DNA from: Paraspadella gotoi
Lineage: Eukaryota > Animalia > Chaetognatha
NCBI GenBank assembly: GCA_051294375.1
Contig: CM119265.1
Coordinates: 11,657,818-11,721,817, forward strand
DNA length: 64,000 nucleotides
Reading direction: 5' to 3'
This document shows, in pieces, positions 13,001-25,740 of the stretch (position 1 is its first letter; each line of letters begins with the position of its first letter). Position numbers and translations under genes: made by a program. A model generated the notes under the pieces. The model had not been told where the DNA came from. It was given only the letters and a program-made list of their open reading frames with translations, and made no database searches.

Positions 13001-15338
13001 AACGTTAGTGATGCATTTACAAATTTGTGTAAAAGAAACATTATATTTTTGAAATGTAATGTTTCTCTCTCTCTCTCTTTTTCACCATTTCAAAATCAAC
13101 TTATTTCCCCTTTCTCCTGTCCTTGCCATCACCTGTCCTGAAATCTGACCACTGTCCTTTCTCAATTCTTTGTTGGAATCTCTCTCTCTTTCTCTCTCTT
13201 TTTCTCTTTCTCTCTCTCTCAATCTCTCTTTATCCCCCCATTGTGAAAAATACAACTGTCAAATGCTGATGAAGACTCGAAAACAAGAGTCGAAACATGT
13301 CCATTACTTTGTAATAAAATCATTGTAAAAATACTAAAAACTTTCGTTTTCGAATCTGCTATCTTATTGAACAACTTACTTACTTAAAATGGTTATAACT
13401 CCAACAACCTTGTTTATCGTAATGCTAACTTTTACTTATTCAACCTGAATTACAACTACCTCAAATGTTAATACTAAACACTAACCCTTAACCTAAATTA
13501 GGTAAAATTGCTATAACTAGAACATTAGTTTCAGTTCATTAACAAAATTATTTTCTATGCGATATCGCATAAAATCTGGATAGTGGATATCATTTGAATA
13601 ATTATATCTTTCTTGTAACAATTTCATTATATTATTAAAAAATTTTATGAATTGCTTTGTTTTAAAGATGAATCTTTAAAAAAAAACTTTTTTAGAAATA
13701 GGTCACAATAGTTTGTAATGCTTTTAATTATAAAAAAATCAATTAAATATGTTAATTAACTTGAAAACCATTTAAAATTATCAAATATTTTTATGATCAT
13801 GATTAAAATATGTAATCCTTAAAAAAATAGTAAATTATCATTTGAAAATATTAATTAAAATATTAACTAATATTTTTTGTGAATGAATGTTTTAAAAATA
13901 GTTAAATATGATTAATTATAATTATATTTAAAAAATTTACTGAAAAAAACTAAAAAATACTCATAAAAGGTGAAATTTCATATTTTGGCTCTTTAACATC
14001 CCTGGCTCGGGCGAAAAAGTTTTTTTTTTAAATAAAACTTTTTTAGTTAAAAAGAGCTTGGAAAAACGAACAGAATGACACCGAGACTGGTTGTTTATTT
14101 AAAACAGTGGCGCCTAATGTGGGGCTCAAACCTACGACCTTCTCAATGATGATAAGCCATATATCTAAAGCTTCTTATGGATACATACTTGAGCTATTTC
14201 CAATATTAAAACAGCGTGACGACGACGGCACAAAGAAGCAATACTACTATCTAGGAAAAAAATTAGAAACATTTTTTTTAAAAAGTTCATTTATTCAATA
14301 AAAATATACAAAACATGGGTAAAACATTCTCAATATTTGGTATGCCCTCCCTCGGCATCGACCACTGCCTGCATTCGTCTGGGCATGCTCTCGTAAAGCG
14401 AATTGAGGTACGAAGGTGAAATGTTTTTCCAATGGTGGAACGAGGGATTCCAAGTCTATTGCTGATGAATTGTTGCGTCTTTCCCTCTTTTCTCAGAGCT
14501 ACAATTGCACCTTTATGAACCAAAGAGAGGGGCTGTCTATTCGGCATAACCAAATTTAAAAAAATGAAAAAAATAACTAACTCAATTTGAAATAGAAACA
14601 AATAACTCAATACCAAGAATTGTGGAAAACTAAAGGCGATTTTTTCCGCCATTTTTCACTTGAGGTAGCAATCTTATTTTGCCTCTAACTTCTATACGGT
14701 TGGATCTACGAAAAAATGGAAGGAAGCAACTGAAAGGAAATTTAGTGTAGAATCTGAAACATCCTGATTTTTTAAAAATCGAGCAAGTTTTCGAGTAGAT
14801 ATCCTCAATTAAAAATGTTTCTAACTTTTTTCCTAGATAGTAAATGGTGATCTACGTGTGGCGAGATAAAGAGCGGAAGACTTACTGGTACAAACGCCGG
14901 AAGAGTACTCGATCTCCGTGGTGACTTCCTTTTCACACTTTTCGCAAGTGGTCTGCAACGGCTCGTTCTTGAATTTTTCTTCCTCTTTGCTCTTTTTCCA
15001 TTGCTGGCGACAGGAAATGCGTGAGCGGTGGCGGGGTGATGTGATGAAGTTAACGGGATGAAAATAAAACCAACTCTGCAACTAATAATACTAACTTCAA
15101 AGGAAGGAGGCTTGTTGTCTGGCTTGCGGTGATTGCACATCTCGCTGAGGATGGTAGGATTGGCTCGTGCGGGTTTGCTGCTTCCGAACCCCGACTCCTC
15201 CTGCGCTACAACAACCTCGTCCCCGGCGCCGTCCTTTTGGTCCTGGGCGCCTTCGGGAGACGCGGCGCCGGCGTCAGTCACGTCTTCGCAAGGCTTTTCC
15301 GAGGCATCGACTTTAAGCTCAACTTCGTCGGAAGACAT
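10022..15338 (-). CDS. LITAF/SIMPLE-like zinc-ribbon membrane protein, paralog A (exons 15338-15096, 15003-14886, 10179-10022)
   Basis: GT-AG junctions with matching phases (0,1) give ...EPLQTTCEKCEKEVTTEIEYSSGVCT/RLTCLCFFCCIPILGQLGLCFVPFCTNFSKIREHKCPECQAVLH...: CxxC, a hydrophobic Cys-rich segment, then HxCPxC, which is the LITAF domain signature. Confidence 0.9.
10357..10545 (+). mobile_element. tRNA-derived SINE-like element
   Basis: GC-rich island with a tRNA-like head (TGGTGCCAGAAGC...GGTCGGGGTTCTAGCCC, B-box-like) and a (TAA)n tail. Confidence 0.55.
10773..11755. mobile_element. Palindromic MITE family (AAGGCTTCATATTATAAAATG termini); related segments at 6455-7050, 8000-8180, 41430-41865
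   Basis: Inverted termini at 10773-10801 and 11726-11755; shared ATCGAGGCGAATTTCAATATTTGACC..GAGCCGAGATATGGGCCC core. Confidence 0.7.
10803..11081 (-). mobile_element. tRNA-derived SINE-like insert (related insert at 6481-6674)
   Basis: Reverse complement has A-box-like GGTGGCTCATTGAG and B-box GGGTTCAATCCC; the B-box region TACCGGGTTCAATCCC is shared with 6628-6643. Confidence 0.55.
12963..13004 (-). ncRNA. Hammerhead motif, core C3>U variant
   Basis: Reverse complement: ACG TTGATGA a GACTC gaaaataaa GAGTC GAAA CATG TC CGT. Confidence 0.7.
13262..13305 (+). ncRNA. Minimal type I hammerhead ribozyme, intact core
   Basis: AATG CTGATGA a GACTC gaaaacaa GAGTC GAAA CATG TC CATT: stem I AATG/CATT, stem II GACTC/GAGTC, palindromic ACATGT stem III, GUC cleavage triplet. 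Confidence 0.85.
14108..14139 (-). pseudogene. 3' fragment of tRNA-Lys(CTT) including CCA
   Basis: TGGCGCCTAATGTGGGGCTCAAACCTACGACC matches the reverse complement of the metazoan tRNA-Lys(CTT) 3' end (TGGCGCCCAACGTGGGGCTCGAACCCACGACC, from memory) at 28 of 32 positions, all differences being transitions. Confidence 0.7.
14245..14842 (-). mobile_element. Internally deleted Tc1-family element in LITAF-A intron 2
   Basis: TIR TACTATCTAGGAAAAAA.TTAGAAACATTTTT at both ends. The N-terminal HTH (GAIVALRKEGKTQQFISNRLGIPRSTI) is fused directly to the C-terminus (LYESMPRRMQAVVDAEGGHTKY*). Confidence 0.88.
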
Positions 15339-17012
15339 ACTTGGTGCTTTTTACTTTAATAACTGCCACGAAAAATAGTCTCTTTGTTGTAGATATGAAG
15401 ATTCTGAAAAAAGCGATAAAAGCGAAGAATATCAATATAAAAGACTAATGATTAAATCTTTAAAAGTTAGATATATAATAATGGAGAAAATTAAACGTAT
15501 TTATAAGACGGAAGGCAAATCGTGAATGGCGGCATATTTTGTTCGAAAAAATGAAGGAAAAACAATGCCAATGGATATAAAACTTAAATTGTAAAATTGC
15601 CAAATTGTAAACTTAAAGAAAACAAGCATGCGAAATGTACCATGCCATCTCTGGTTGACAGCTGAAATAAGTCAATAAATTAATGTTATTCAAACCTTTT
15701 AACAAAAAGTCGTGCCAACAGCTAAAAGCCTCGTTATTTTAGTAATATAAAGGTAAGGTAAAAAGGCAAAACAATGGAAACGCTAAACAATAAATAGTAA
15801 GAAGGTAAGGTCGGTTTAAAGGTCAGTAACCTGACCTTGATTAAAATGTCAGTTATGACTTAGTTAAGGTCAGTCTCCTTGTCACCGTCGTTGTTGTCGC
15901 AGCAGGTAGCAATTAAGTAAACAACTTCTGCAGCACACTATAAAAAAACTTCGTTTCAGCAAAATTAACGAGAGACTTATATTTAAAAAATCTTAAAAGC
16001 ATAAGGATCGTCGTAATCGCATAAGAAAAATCTGGATTGACGACAAATTTTGATACTAAAAAATAATAAAATTTGAAAAAATATTTTTTTTTTGTCATTG
16101 TCAATTGTCATTGTCAAATAAACTGATCAACAGAAAAAAAATTTGAGAAAAGAAAATTAATTTATAAACAGAAAAAAAAATTCTATTTTGCGATTATCAA
16201 TTAAAAAAAATAATAAAGTACCAAAGAAAATTAAAGTTAGTTTCTGAAAAAAAAAATTGTTAAAAAAAACTGATCAGCAGACGCAGTCCCTGAGAAAAAA
16301 AAATGAAATAAAAACGCGATGTTGCGATTGAAAAATGATAACATGCACGAATGCGATGCCTAATTTTACGAGTTCATTCCTAATTCTTTTTTTTAAATAA
16401 AAACGCAGAGAGTGAGAGAGAGAAAAAAAGAAAGAAATCAAAAGGCAGAAGCAGCAGGAGAAAAGAGAGAAAAAAAGAGAGCCCTGCAGAGCCAGCTGCA
16501 GACTCAAAAGGCAGCAGCAGAAGCAGCAGGAAAAAAGAGAGAAAAAGAAAGAGCCCCTGCAGAGCCAGTTGCAGATTCGTTTTTTTCCCGATGAATCAGC
16601 ACTGTGGAAAAGAGAGAGGGAGAGAGAGCTACATATAATCAAAAGAGAAAAGAGAGAGAGAAGGAAACAAAAATAAAAGAGGAAATTTGTTTGTTTTGAT
16701 AAAACGTAAACAAAACATTTTAAGCACATCGATGATGAGAAGCTGTATATAAATTTTCAGCTTCATACACCCAAATTTAATCATAAAAAAGGCGATCTAT
16801 AAATTGGAACGCCGACAACAACGACAACGCCACTTATGCCTAAAAGCGTTACTAGATCGTCGCAAACACAAAGCGATTGCGACAATAAAAAACAAATTAT
16901 AGCAGAATATTATTCTTTTAATAACGAATGCCGTATTCAAAAATGATGACAAAGTGGATAGTCGCAAGCGAATAATTTAAGGATAAGGTTCAAATTATTT
17001 TAACTAGATAAA

Positions 17013-20000
17013 TTGTAGAGAACAGTTTTATTTTTGTGACAAAACAACAATTTTTTTTATTTAACATTAGCAGACATGTTTCGACTCGTTGCGAGCCATA
17101 ATCGTTCAAGGGGGATTAATAGATTCTGGTAGAGCTTTAAAAGTTAGGTAAAGGTTATTAATACAACTTTTTAAATTTTTTTTGTTTTATTGATAAAAAT
17201 TTTTAAAAACTATAAAATTCAGCCAATAGTGATGATGATGATTTTTTAAAGTTTTTTCTATTTTTAACCAATTTATAGTCAAAATTTTTAAAAATTGTAG
17301 TACTAACTTTCATTTAACTTTCAAGCTTTATAGGAATCCGTTCTTAAAAATTAAAATTTAAAAAAAAAATTTTATCATTTGTTATATATTAATAAATATT
17401 TAAAAGCTTCAGTGCAACAACCCAATGAACTAATTCAAAAAGTTGCATTGAAAATCGATTTAGTAATAGAAAGAAAAAAAAGGAATTTTTTTGAGAGAAC
17501 TAAGTTATAAAAAGTGTTCAATTTTGGTAGAGCCAAACTTTGTCAATGGGGTGGGTCAGAAGTTTGATTGGGAACCTTTCCAAATGAAACTTCATGCATT
17601 TCTGAGACTTTCAATGGACCAAAATTTTCTAAAAGGCTAGAAGCATTAGTAATTAATTTTTTAATATTTATTTATAGATAGGAAATGTCAAAATTTTTTT
17701 TAAAAATTTGTATTTTTAAGAAAAAGGGTCATTCAATTCAACTTCAAAATAGGCTAAAATGGAGTACAAATTCAGAAAGCTGAGCTCCTGGCGATTCCGA
17801 AAATGTATTCACTTTAAGCATTTAATGCATTCTACCCCATTTTATATCGGTTTTAATTATAATATAAAATAAAAGAAACCTATCTGAAGAGTTGCAGGTT
17901 AAACGAAAAGGCCAATCCATCTGATATTTTTTTATGAATTTTTTATTACTGAATTAGAAAAATGTAATAGAGAGACATTTTTAAATTTCAACTTGTATCC
18001 TTGAAAATAGAAATGTTTTTAAACTTTAACCCTGAATTCTTTCTAACTGGAACCGCGTTTATCAAAATGTCTCTCTATTACATTTTTACAAATGTTTTTA
18101 AGATTGCTAATCAAATTTTTAATTCAATATTATTGCAGTCGTTTAGGCTGCAACTCTTCAAATTCAGTGTAGATTCATTGTAGCTCGAATTTCTTTACCA
18201 TCTATTTAACTGAAGATTTGTTCATGACTGGAAAACCAACAGAGTAATGAGATTAATTGTTTAATTCTCCCCTTCTAAATTATCCTATACCGTGTTTTAA
18301 CTTCTTACCTAGAATTTTTTAACAACCAGATTGAAAAACAAATCTTTAAAAAATGTGCTTACCCATTTAACGTAACAATTTTGTTATTTACCCATTTAAA
18401 AAAAAATGATTGAAAACAGAATGTTTACATATAAATAAGAACTTTTATAATATTTTGATAAGTGGGTCAAAATTGGGAAAAACCTTAAAAAATCATCATC
18501 ATCATCATTCGATGATTTTAGCAGTTTTTTAAATTTTGATGTTTTATTACTAAAAATTAGTAAAAAGTTGTAATTATATTTTTTGCTTAATTTTTTGAGC
18601 TCTATCAGAATCAATTAAAAAAACTAAAAATATCCAAAAAAAATTTTTGACATTGTATAGCAATATAATATTTACAAGGAAATTTCAATTGTTACAACGA
18701 TTTTTATTATTAATAATATAATAATATTAATTAGCGAATTACTCATGGTTCGGAACATTTTTGCAAAAAAATATTTTAATACAATAATTAATACCAATAA
18801 TGGATTAGTTTAATGCTGTTCCCATTAAAATTTGAATTTGGTCGGCTACCGCTAATTTTGGCCCGCCTTAATGCCCAGCTGGGTGGCTTAGGGATGGTCA
18901 AATCCACATCAATTTATACAATACAATGCTGGCCGTGAAAAACCACCTGAACAGCCAACATGCGAGTATCAAATGGACATGTGAAAAAGAGGTGAATGAA
19001 TCGATTCCAATGCTCGATGTGCTGATTCAGAGCAGAGAGAGCGGTTCATTGGAATTTACTGTATCGCAAACCGACCCATACCCGAGTCATTGGTGCGGGT
19101 GCTAGCAAAGCAGGGGATCTCCACCTCAGTGACGGCCCGCGGCTCTCTCCGTGAACAATTAGTGAAACTAAAGGACAAAATCCCCAGACCGAAAACTTCA
19201 GGAGCCGTCTATAGGGCGGCCTGTGCAGCAGCATATGTAGGCGAGACAGGCAAATCTTTCTCGGATCGGTTCCAGCAACATGTAAGAACTTACCGTGATG
19301 CCAGGGGACATTCGACATTAACTGGCCACCGGTTCAGAGACGACTCTCGTGCTGTCCCATGACCAAAACTGGTTCTCAAGAGGTATTAGAGAGGCGGTCT
19401 ACATCAAAGCTCTTGAGCCCTCTTTGAACCGTGATGGAGGATGATTCGATCTCCCTCCAAATTACGATTCCCTTATTAAATCAGTTGTGGAACGCCCTAC
19501 ACCACCACAGCCGCACAATGACTCCCCTGTCCTCACTCAACGGGCCAGGCGGAGACTTTCGGTTAACCGATGGGTACCTGATACCTTTAACTCTCCTGTA
19601 GCAACTCAGTCCCTCTCTCTGGGACCTGAGCGCCGCCCCAAACGACGGCTACAGGAGGAGGAGGAGGTCACTACCAACCCTGCAAGAGTGGCCACCCGCC
19701 CGCCTCACTGTCAGGTGAGAAGAGGGCAGTCGGCAGGCGTATCAGGTCTAAGGGATATCAGGGTAGTACTCGGTTTGTTTCCCAAGGGAACAATGCCTGA
19801 CCCGGCTCACATTATCCTCTTAGCCAATGACTCCAATGACCCGGCACCATCAGCAATACCTTTCCTTCATAAGACCGGGGGGGGGGCCAGCTCATTTTTA
19901 GCTCTTTCTTCATTCTGCAATTTATCTATTATCTCTCACTTATCTACCCCTAATACTCTCACTATCATACTTCAAATTTCATTTAACAAATTTATTTATT

Positions 20001-20406
20001 TCTACAATGTTAAGTCAAGTTTTCAATATATATCTTTCTTCTACATTGCTCAAATGTAATTGTCTATGAACTCTCTCTCTGTCTCACTCTCTCTTTGATC
20101 AAATATAACTTCTTTTTCACAACTTACTCAATCTGACCTAATCTCAAATCTGTCCTCACCTATAACCACTGTCCTTTATCAATTCTTTGTTGGAAACTTT
20201 AAACCTGACCTTTCTCTCTCTCTCTCCCTATTCTTTTCACTCTTATAATTTCAAAACTGTAACAGCGCTGATGATGGCTCGCAATAAGAGTCGAAACATG
20301 TCTGATAATGTTAAATAAAAAAATCGTTGTTTTGTCTGTCACACAAATAAAACTTTGTTTTCTCTACAATTCTAAATCGCAACGAAACAAAGGATTTACA
20401 CCATAG
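17013..20406 (+). mobile_element. Second, internally deleted PLE copy (RT thumb/GIY-YIG remnant ~18880-19500, 3' pLTR to 20406, short inverted pLTR 17013-17100), interrupted by nested MITEs
   Basis: Sequence closely related to 29720-31130 (KTSGAVYRAAC..YVGETGKSFSDRFQQH). 17013-17100 is the reverse complement of ~20275-20372. Flanking TA(A/G)CTAGATAAA at 17001-17012 and 20404-20415 is a candidate TSD. Confidence 0.8.
20264..20306 (+). ncRNA. Minimal hammerhead ribozyme in PLE 3' pLTR
   Basis: AGCG CTGATGA t GGCTC gcaataa GAGTC GAAA CATG TC TGAT; a truncated inverted copy lies at 17069-17099. Confidence 0.78.
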
Positions 20407-20417
20407 CTAGATAAAAA

Positions 20418-21310
20418 AACAAGTTTGAACAAACAATGTCGGATCTGCCTACGATAATTAAGCGGTAATCAGCTAATGGTTGTTTATTATGGATAATTTA
20501 TAAGAGTTTTATTTATACAAATAAACTAGGGAGATTATGATGATTAAAACGATGGTTTAAAATATAAAGTAAATAGTTCATGAACTTGGGAATTTTGATG
20601 TTGGTTTCTTGAGGGTAAGTTGAAGACTGCCTGTTTCTTCTCTCATCTGTCTCCCGTCGATTCCGCGAGGGAAGCCACCTCTCTGATTGGTCAAGAGAGA
20701 AGAAAGGCAGAAAAGCCAAACAAGACAAGCGAGGCAAGTTACACGATCAATCCGTTTCCGATTCCGCGAGGGAAGCCACCTCTCTGATTGGTCAAGAGAG
20801 AAGAAAGGCAGAAAAGCCTAACAAGACAAGCGAGGCAAGTTACACGATCAATCCGTTTCCTGCGATGCTATTAATTCAGTAATTATGGGTTAAAATAAGT
20901 AAAAAGATTCAAGTAAATGTCACACATTTACTACCCACACACAAAATTTCATTTCAATCTATACATCTAATTATTATTAATTAAAATAATTATTGGTTAA
21001 AATATACAAAAAGATTTAAACTAATTTCTGCTCGCACGATTCCATCGAAACTTTATATCCAGCTTCATCACACACTTTCCTACCCAGACACAAAATTATA
21101 TTCCAATCCAACCATCCAATCACGAGTCATTGGAGTTTTTTGCTAAGGTGGGACGGACGGACATATTTTTTTTTTTTTTTGCATAATTCATCATAATTCG
21201 ATGTTTTGACATGATAAAATTGATTTACCGACAAGATTGAGGGGGCGGACCGACGGACCGACAAAGTGAATTATAGAATCGGGATCTGCTGAAAGCGGAT
21301 CTGACTAAAA
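20418..21310 (+). mobile_element. DINE-1/HINE-like (Helentron-associated) repeat; other copies at 8416-9150 (+), 33940-34570 (-), 37010-37954 (-), and a split copy at 22962-33640 (-)
   Basis: Conserved start ACAAGTTTGA.CAAACAATGTCGGATCTGC, 3' hairpin GATCTGCTGAAAGCGGATC with a subterminal inverted repeat of the 5' motif, (GGAC)n microsatellite, variable internal tandem repeats. Confidence 0.65.
20658..20860. repeat. 101-bp near-perfect tandem duplication
   Basis: CGATTCCGCGAGGGAAGCC...AATCCGTTTC at 20658 and 20759, one mismatch seen. Confidence 0.9.
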
Positions 21311-21494
21311 ACTGCATGCAGCATCAGTTATGGTAGTGCGGGGAAATTCGGAACACTTGGAAGTACTAAAATTTTTCACATAGTAAGTTTATTTAAAAAA
21401 TATATCTAGAAAAGGGTCCCCCCTACAGGTTGATGTATTTGTTTATATCCTTTTTTAAAAAATGAAAAATTGGGGTAAAACGTAACACTTAATA

Positions 21495-22834
21495 TACCAT
21501 CTTGGAAAATGAATAAGTCGCCAAACTCTCGATCATTTTTAAACACCTTCCTAACATAATCGAAAGAAAAAAATTATATTTCCAGAAAGCTTGGCGATTT
21601 TCGATCAAATGGAGCCGGTTTATGTTAGATTATGATTAAAATTGCCGTCAGGGCAGAAGAAAGAAAAGAAGGAGATAAAAAAAAATTTGCTTTCTTTTTG
21701 CGTTTTGGCGTATTTCAGATTTTAATAATTTTTTTCCTTAATTTTTTTGAAAATTTTACACTGTATTTTTTTATTATGCCTCAACGTTGACATTTTACAA
21801 GTGATCAACGTGCATCTATAATTGAATTGCACAAAGCGGGTATCAAGAATACTTCCATATCTAAGCAGCTAAGAGTGAATCTTCGCAGTGTGCAGCGGCT
21901 GGTCAAGTCTTACCGTGATGCTGGCAACACAAAAAGAAAGATAGGTTCCGAGAAGCGACGGGCCACAATCAAGGCTCAGGATAGACAACTGGAGAACTTG
22001 GCACTACAAAACCGATTCGATTCAACTGTGAGCCTTCAGAAAAAGTGGATGACGAAATCTTGAGTAAAGGTTTGCCGTAAAACTGTGAACCGTTTGGTGG
22101 AATGAGGGATTCGGGCGAGAAAACCACGAAGAAAGCCACTCAAAACTGCAGCAATGTGTCAAAAAAGATTATCTTTTGTAAAAAGTCATCAAGACTGGTC
22201 AGTTGCTCATTGGTCTCGAGTTGGGTTCAGCGATGAATCCTGGTTTCAACTAAAAGAAAATGGGAGGATTCAACACGTTCGACGTCGCGTCGGCGAAGCA
22301 TTGCATCCTAATTACATATTGCAGACGGTTAAGCAGCAACCGAAGGTCATGGTGTTCGGTGCAATCTCTTCCCGTGCCAAGTCAAAGTTAATCTTCATTT
22401 CGGGACGCGTTGATAGCGCCAAATACAGAAATTCTGGAGGAAGCGAAGATAAAGGAATTCGTCCGAGGTGGAGTTTTTATGGAAAACGCCCCTCCGCATC
22501 GAGCCAAGGAGACAAAAGAGTGGCATCGCCGAAATGGGGTTAAACTTCTACCTGACTGGCCAGGGAACTCTCCGGATCTCAATCCAATCGAAAATGTGTG
22601 GTCAGATGAAAAATCGACTGAGAAATGAACGTCAAACATCTCTGCAAGCCATGAAACAACTTATCAAAAAAGTTTGGGATAACCGCTCCTTAGAATACCT
22701 GCAGTCGCTCTATGAGTCAATGCCGAACAGAGGAGGTCACCCTACATATTGATAACCATTTTTTCTGTTATATTTAAATTTTAATATACAATTAACTTTA
22801 AAATTTGGCGACTTATTCATTTTCCAAGATGGTA
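21495..22834 (+). mobile_element. Tc1-family DNA transposon, full-length but inactivated
   Basis: ~30-bp TIR (TA)CCATCTTGGAAAATGAATAAGTCGCCAAA at both ends. The transposase at 21776-22752 has an HTH, FSDES, NAPPH and WPGNSPDLNPIENVW, with stops and frameshifts. Confidence 0.93.
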
Positions 22835-23231
22835 TTATGTATAATTTTTTATAATATAACAAAAAATAATAACTAAAACACCATTACTTCGATAATAGTG
22901 CCATTTCTTTTAATTCCGGAATATGGTCCCCATCTTTCTTTTCAATTAATATTGTTTTTTTTTCCGATCTGCTTATAAGCAGATAACTCACTTTGTCGGT
23001 CCACCCCACTATGATCGAAGTGAACGTTAAAATCGGAAAAATTATATAATGGCATATTCGGATAGCTTAACCAGAGTAATTCTTGAAAACTTTAGAGGTT
23101 CTTCTCATAAAATCTTAATATTTCCAAAAGGACAAAAATGTAAAATTTGATTTTTTTATGATTCCTAAAGATAACCGAACGCTACGCGCATTTTTTTTAG
23201 CTTTTTTAATTTTTTGCCTCTCAAATACGGC

Positions 23232-23917
23232 NNNNNNNNNNNNNNNNNNNNNNNNNNNNNNNNNNNNNNNNNNNNNNNNNNNNNNNNNNNNNNNNNNNNN
23301 NNNNNNNNNNNNNNNNNNNNNNNNNNNNNNNNNNNNNNNNNNNNNNNNNNNNNNNNNNNNNNNNNNNNNNNNNNNNNNNNNNNNNNNNNNNNNNNNNNNN
23401 NNNNNNNNNNNNNNNNNNNNNNNNNNNNNNNNNNNNNNNNNNNNNNNNNNNNNNNNNNNNNNNNNNNNNNNNNNNNNNNNNNNNNNNNNNNNNNNNNNNN
23501 NNNNNNNNNNNNNNNNNNNNNNNNNNNNNNNNNNNNNNNNNNNNNNNNNNNNNNNNNNNNNNNNNNNNNNNNNNNNNNNNNNNNNNNNNNNNNNNNNNNN
23601 NNNNNNNNNNNNNNNNNNNNNNNNNNNNNNNNNNNNNNNNNNNNNNNNNNNNNNNNNNNNNNNNNNNNNNNNNNNNNNNNNNNNNNNNNNNNNNNNNNNN
23701 NNNNNNNNNNNNNNNNNNNNNNNNNNNNNNNNNNNNNNNNNNNNNNNNNNNNNNNNNNNNNNNNNNNNNNNNNNNNNNNNNNNNNNNNNNNNNNNNNNNN
23801 NNNNNNNNNNNNNNNNNNNNNNNNNNNNNNNNNNNNNNNNNNNNNNNNNNNNNNNNNNNNNNNNNNNNNNNNNNNNNNNNNNNNNNNNNNNNNNNNNNNN
23901 NNNNNNNNNNNNNNNNN
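23232..23917. other. Assembly gap
   Basis: Run of N. Confidence 1.
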
Positions 23918-25526
23918 TCCCGAAGTGTTAGAAAACAAAAGTTAATTGTGTGAAAATCATTTTGCATTCTCATGTTTGCGGATCGATGCAGAATGAAATC
24001 CCGAATACATCAAGTCCGTTATACATATTACATTCATTATATTTAATTAGAATGTAGTGGATTACCCATGATCGCCTAATATAATTTAAAGCTAGAGTTT
24101 TCAAAACTCATTGATACAGTAAAACATTTTTTAGAACAAATTTGTATTTAATCTCATGCTACGGCTGATCCAGTTGTTTATCAAGAAATTAAAAAAAAAA
24201 GTATAATTTCATCATTAAAGTTCCCAGGAATATAAGCTCGCAACCAAAGTGAGTCTGAGAAGTTAGAGAAAAAGCCTTATTATCCCTAAAAAAAATGATT
24301 TTTGACAACACTGATGTATTGCTTGAGAGGGGTTCCCGATGATAGTGCCCTAATTAATTACAAAGCCATATATATTTTTGTACGATGAACTAACCTTATA
24401 CCTTATTCCGATAAAAAAAATTATTTCGATGATAGTGCACCCCCTCAATCTTGTCGGGCATTAATAATTTATCATAATTTGATGTTCTGACATGAAATAA
24501 GTTAGACAATAAGTTTTTGAAGAAATTAAATATTAATATTAAAATATTAATATTAATATAATAATATATATTAATATATATATAATAAATATATTAATAT
24601 ATTAATATATATTAATATATAATTTAGACACATTTGAATCCGACAATGTTTTAAATAAACAACCAGTCTCGGTGTCATTCTGTTCGTTTTTCCAAGCTCT
24701 TTTTAACTAAAAAAGTTTTATTTAAAAAAAAAACTTTTTCGCCCGAGCCAGGGGTGTTAAAGAGCCAAAATATGGAATTTCACCTTTTAAGAATATTTTT
24801 TAGCTTTTTTCAGTAATTTTTTAAATATAATTATCATTAATCAAGTTAATTACTAATGATAATGCTTTTAAATCATCATATTTAACTATTTTTAAAACAT
24901 TCATTCTCAAAAAATACTGGTTTAGGGCTTATGAGGAAAGGTCATTCAGCATAACAATACGTAATCATTGATGTATTAGAGCTAATATATCGAGAAATTC
25001 ATTATAATCATCAGTAATCACAAAAAAATAAGTTCTTATTTATATGTAAACAATCTGTTTTTAATCATTTTTTTAAATGGGTAAATAACAAAATTGTTAA
25101 GTTAAATGGGTAAGCACATTTTTTAAAGATTTTTTTTTTCAATCTGGTTGTTAAAAAATTCTAGGTAAGAAGTTAAAACACGGTATGGGTTAGTTTAGAA
25201 GGGGAGAATTAAAAAATTAATCTTGTTACTCTGTTGGTTTTCCAGTCATGAACAAAATCTTCAGTTAAATAGATGGTAAAGAAATTCGAGCTACAATGAA
25301 TCTACACTGAATTTGAAGAGTTGCAGCCTAAATGACTGCAATAATATTGAATTAAAAATTTGATTAGCAATCTTAAAAACATTTGTAAAAATGTAATAGA
25401 GAGACATTTTGATAAACGCGTTCCAGTTAGAAAGAATTCAGGGTTAAAGTTTAAAAATGTTTCATTTTCAAGGATACAAGTTGAAATTTAAAAATCTTAA
25501 AAGCATAAGGATCGAGCCTGCTTTCG

Positions 25527-25740
25527 ATGGTAACCAAATATTGATGCAATGATAACCAAATATTGATGCGATGATAACCAAATATTGATGCGATGATAAC
25601 CAATAATTGATGCGATGATAACAAAATAACTGATGTGATGATAATCAAATGATTGATGCGATGATAGTCATTCATTGATGTTATGATAATCATTAATTGA
25701 TTTGATGAAATCATTCATTGATGCGATGAATCATTCATCG
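25527..25740. repeat. 22-bp degenerate minisatellite (TTGATGCGATGATAACCAAATA); similar array at 10640-10770
   Basis: Directly visible tandem units. Confidence 0.85.

Larger units (their letters stand above)
12875..13345. mobile_element. Second short PLE-derived insert with two opposite-strand hammerheads
   Basis: Minus-strand hammerhead 12963-13004 with tail, PLE 3'UTR motifs 13050-13240, plus-strand hammerhead 13262-13305. No TSD recognised; boundaries approximate. Confidence 0.75.
12105..14106. mobile_element. Foldback/MITE with ~300-bp inverted arms; another arm copy at 24624-24925
   Basis: 12145-12420 is the reverse complement of ~13860-14095 (TTTTCGCCCGAGCCAGGGGTGTT core). Confidence 0.7.

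Noticed and set aside
16412-16594. Charged repetitive ORF
   Set aside because: Short imperfect tandem duplication in a purine-rich repeat; no splice or domain support.
23158-23973. Long ORFs in the track (also 43517-44308)
   Set aside because: Artefacts of N runs.
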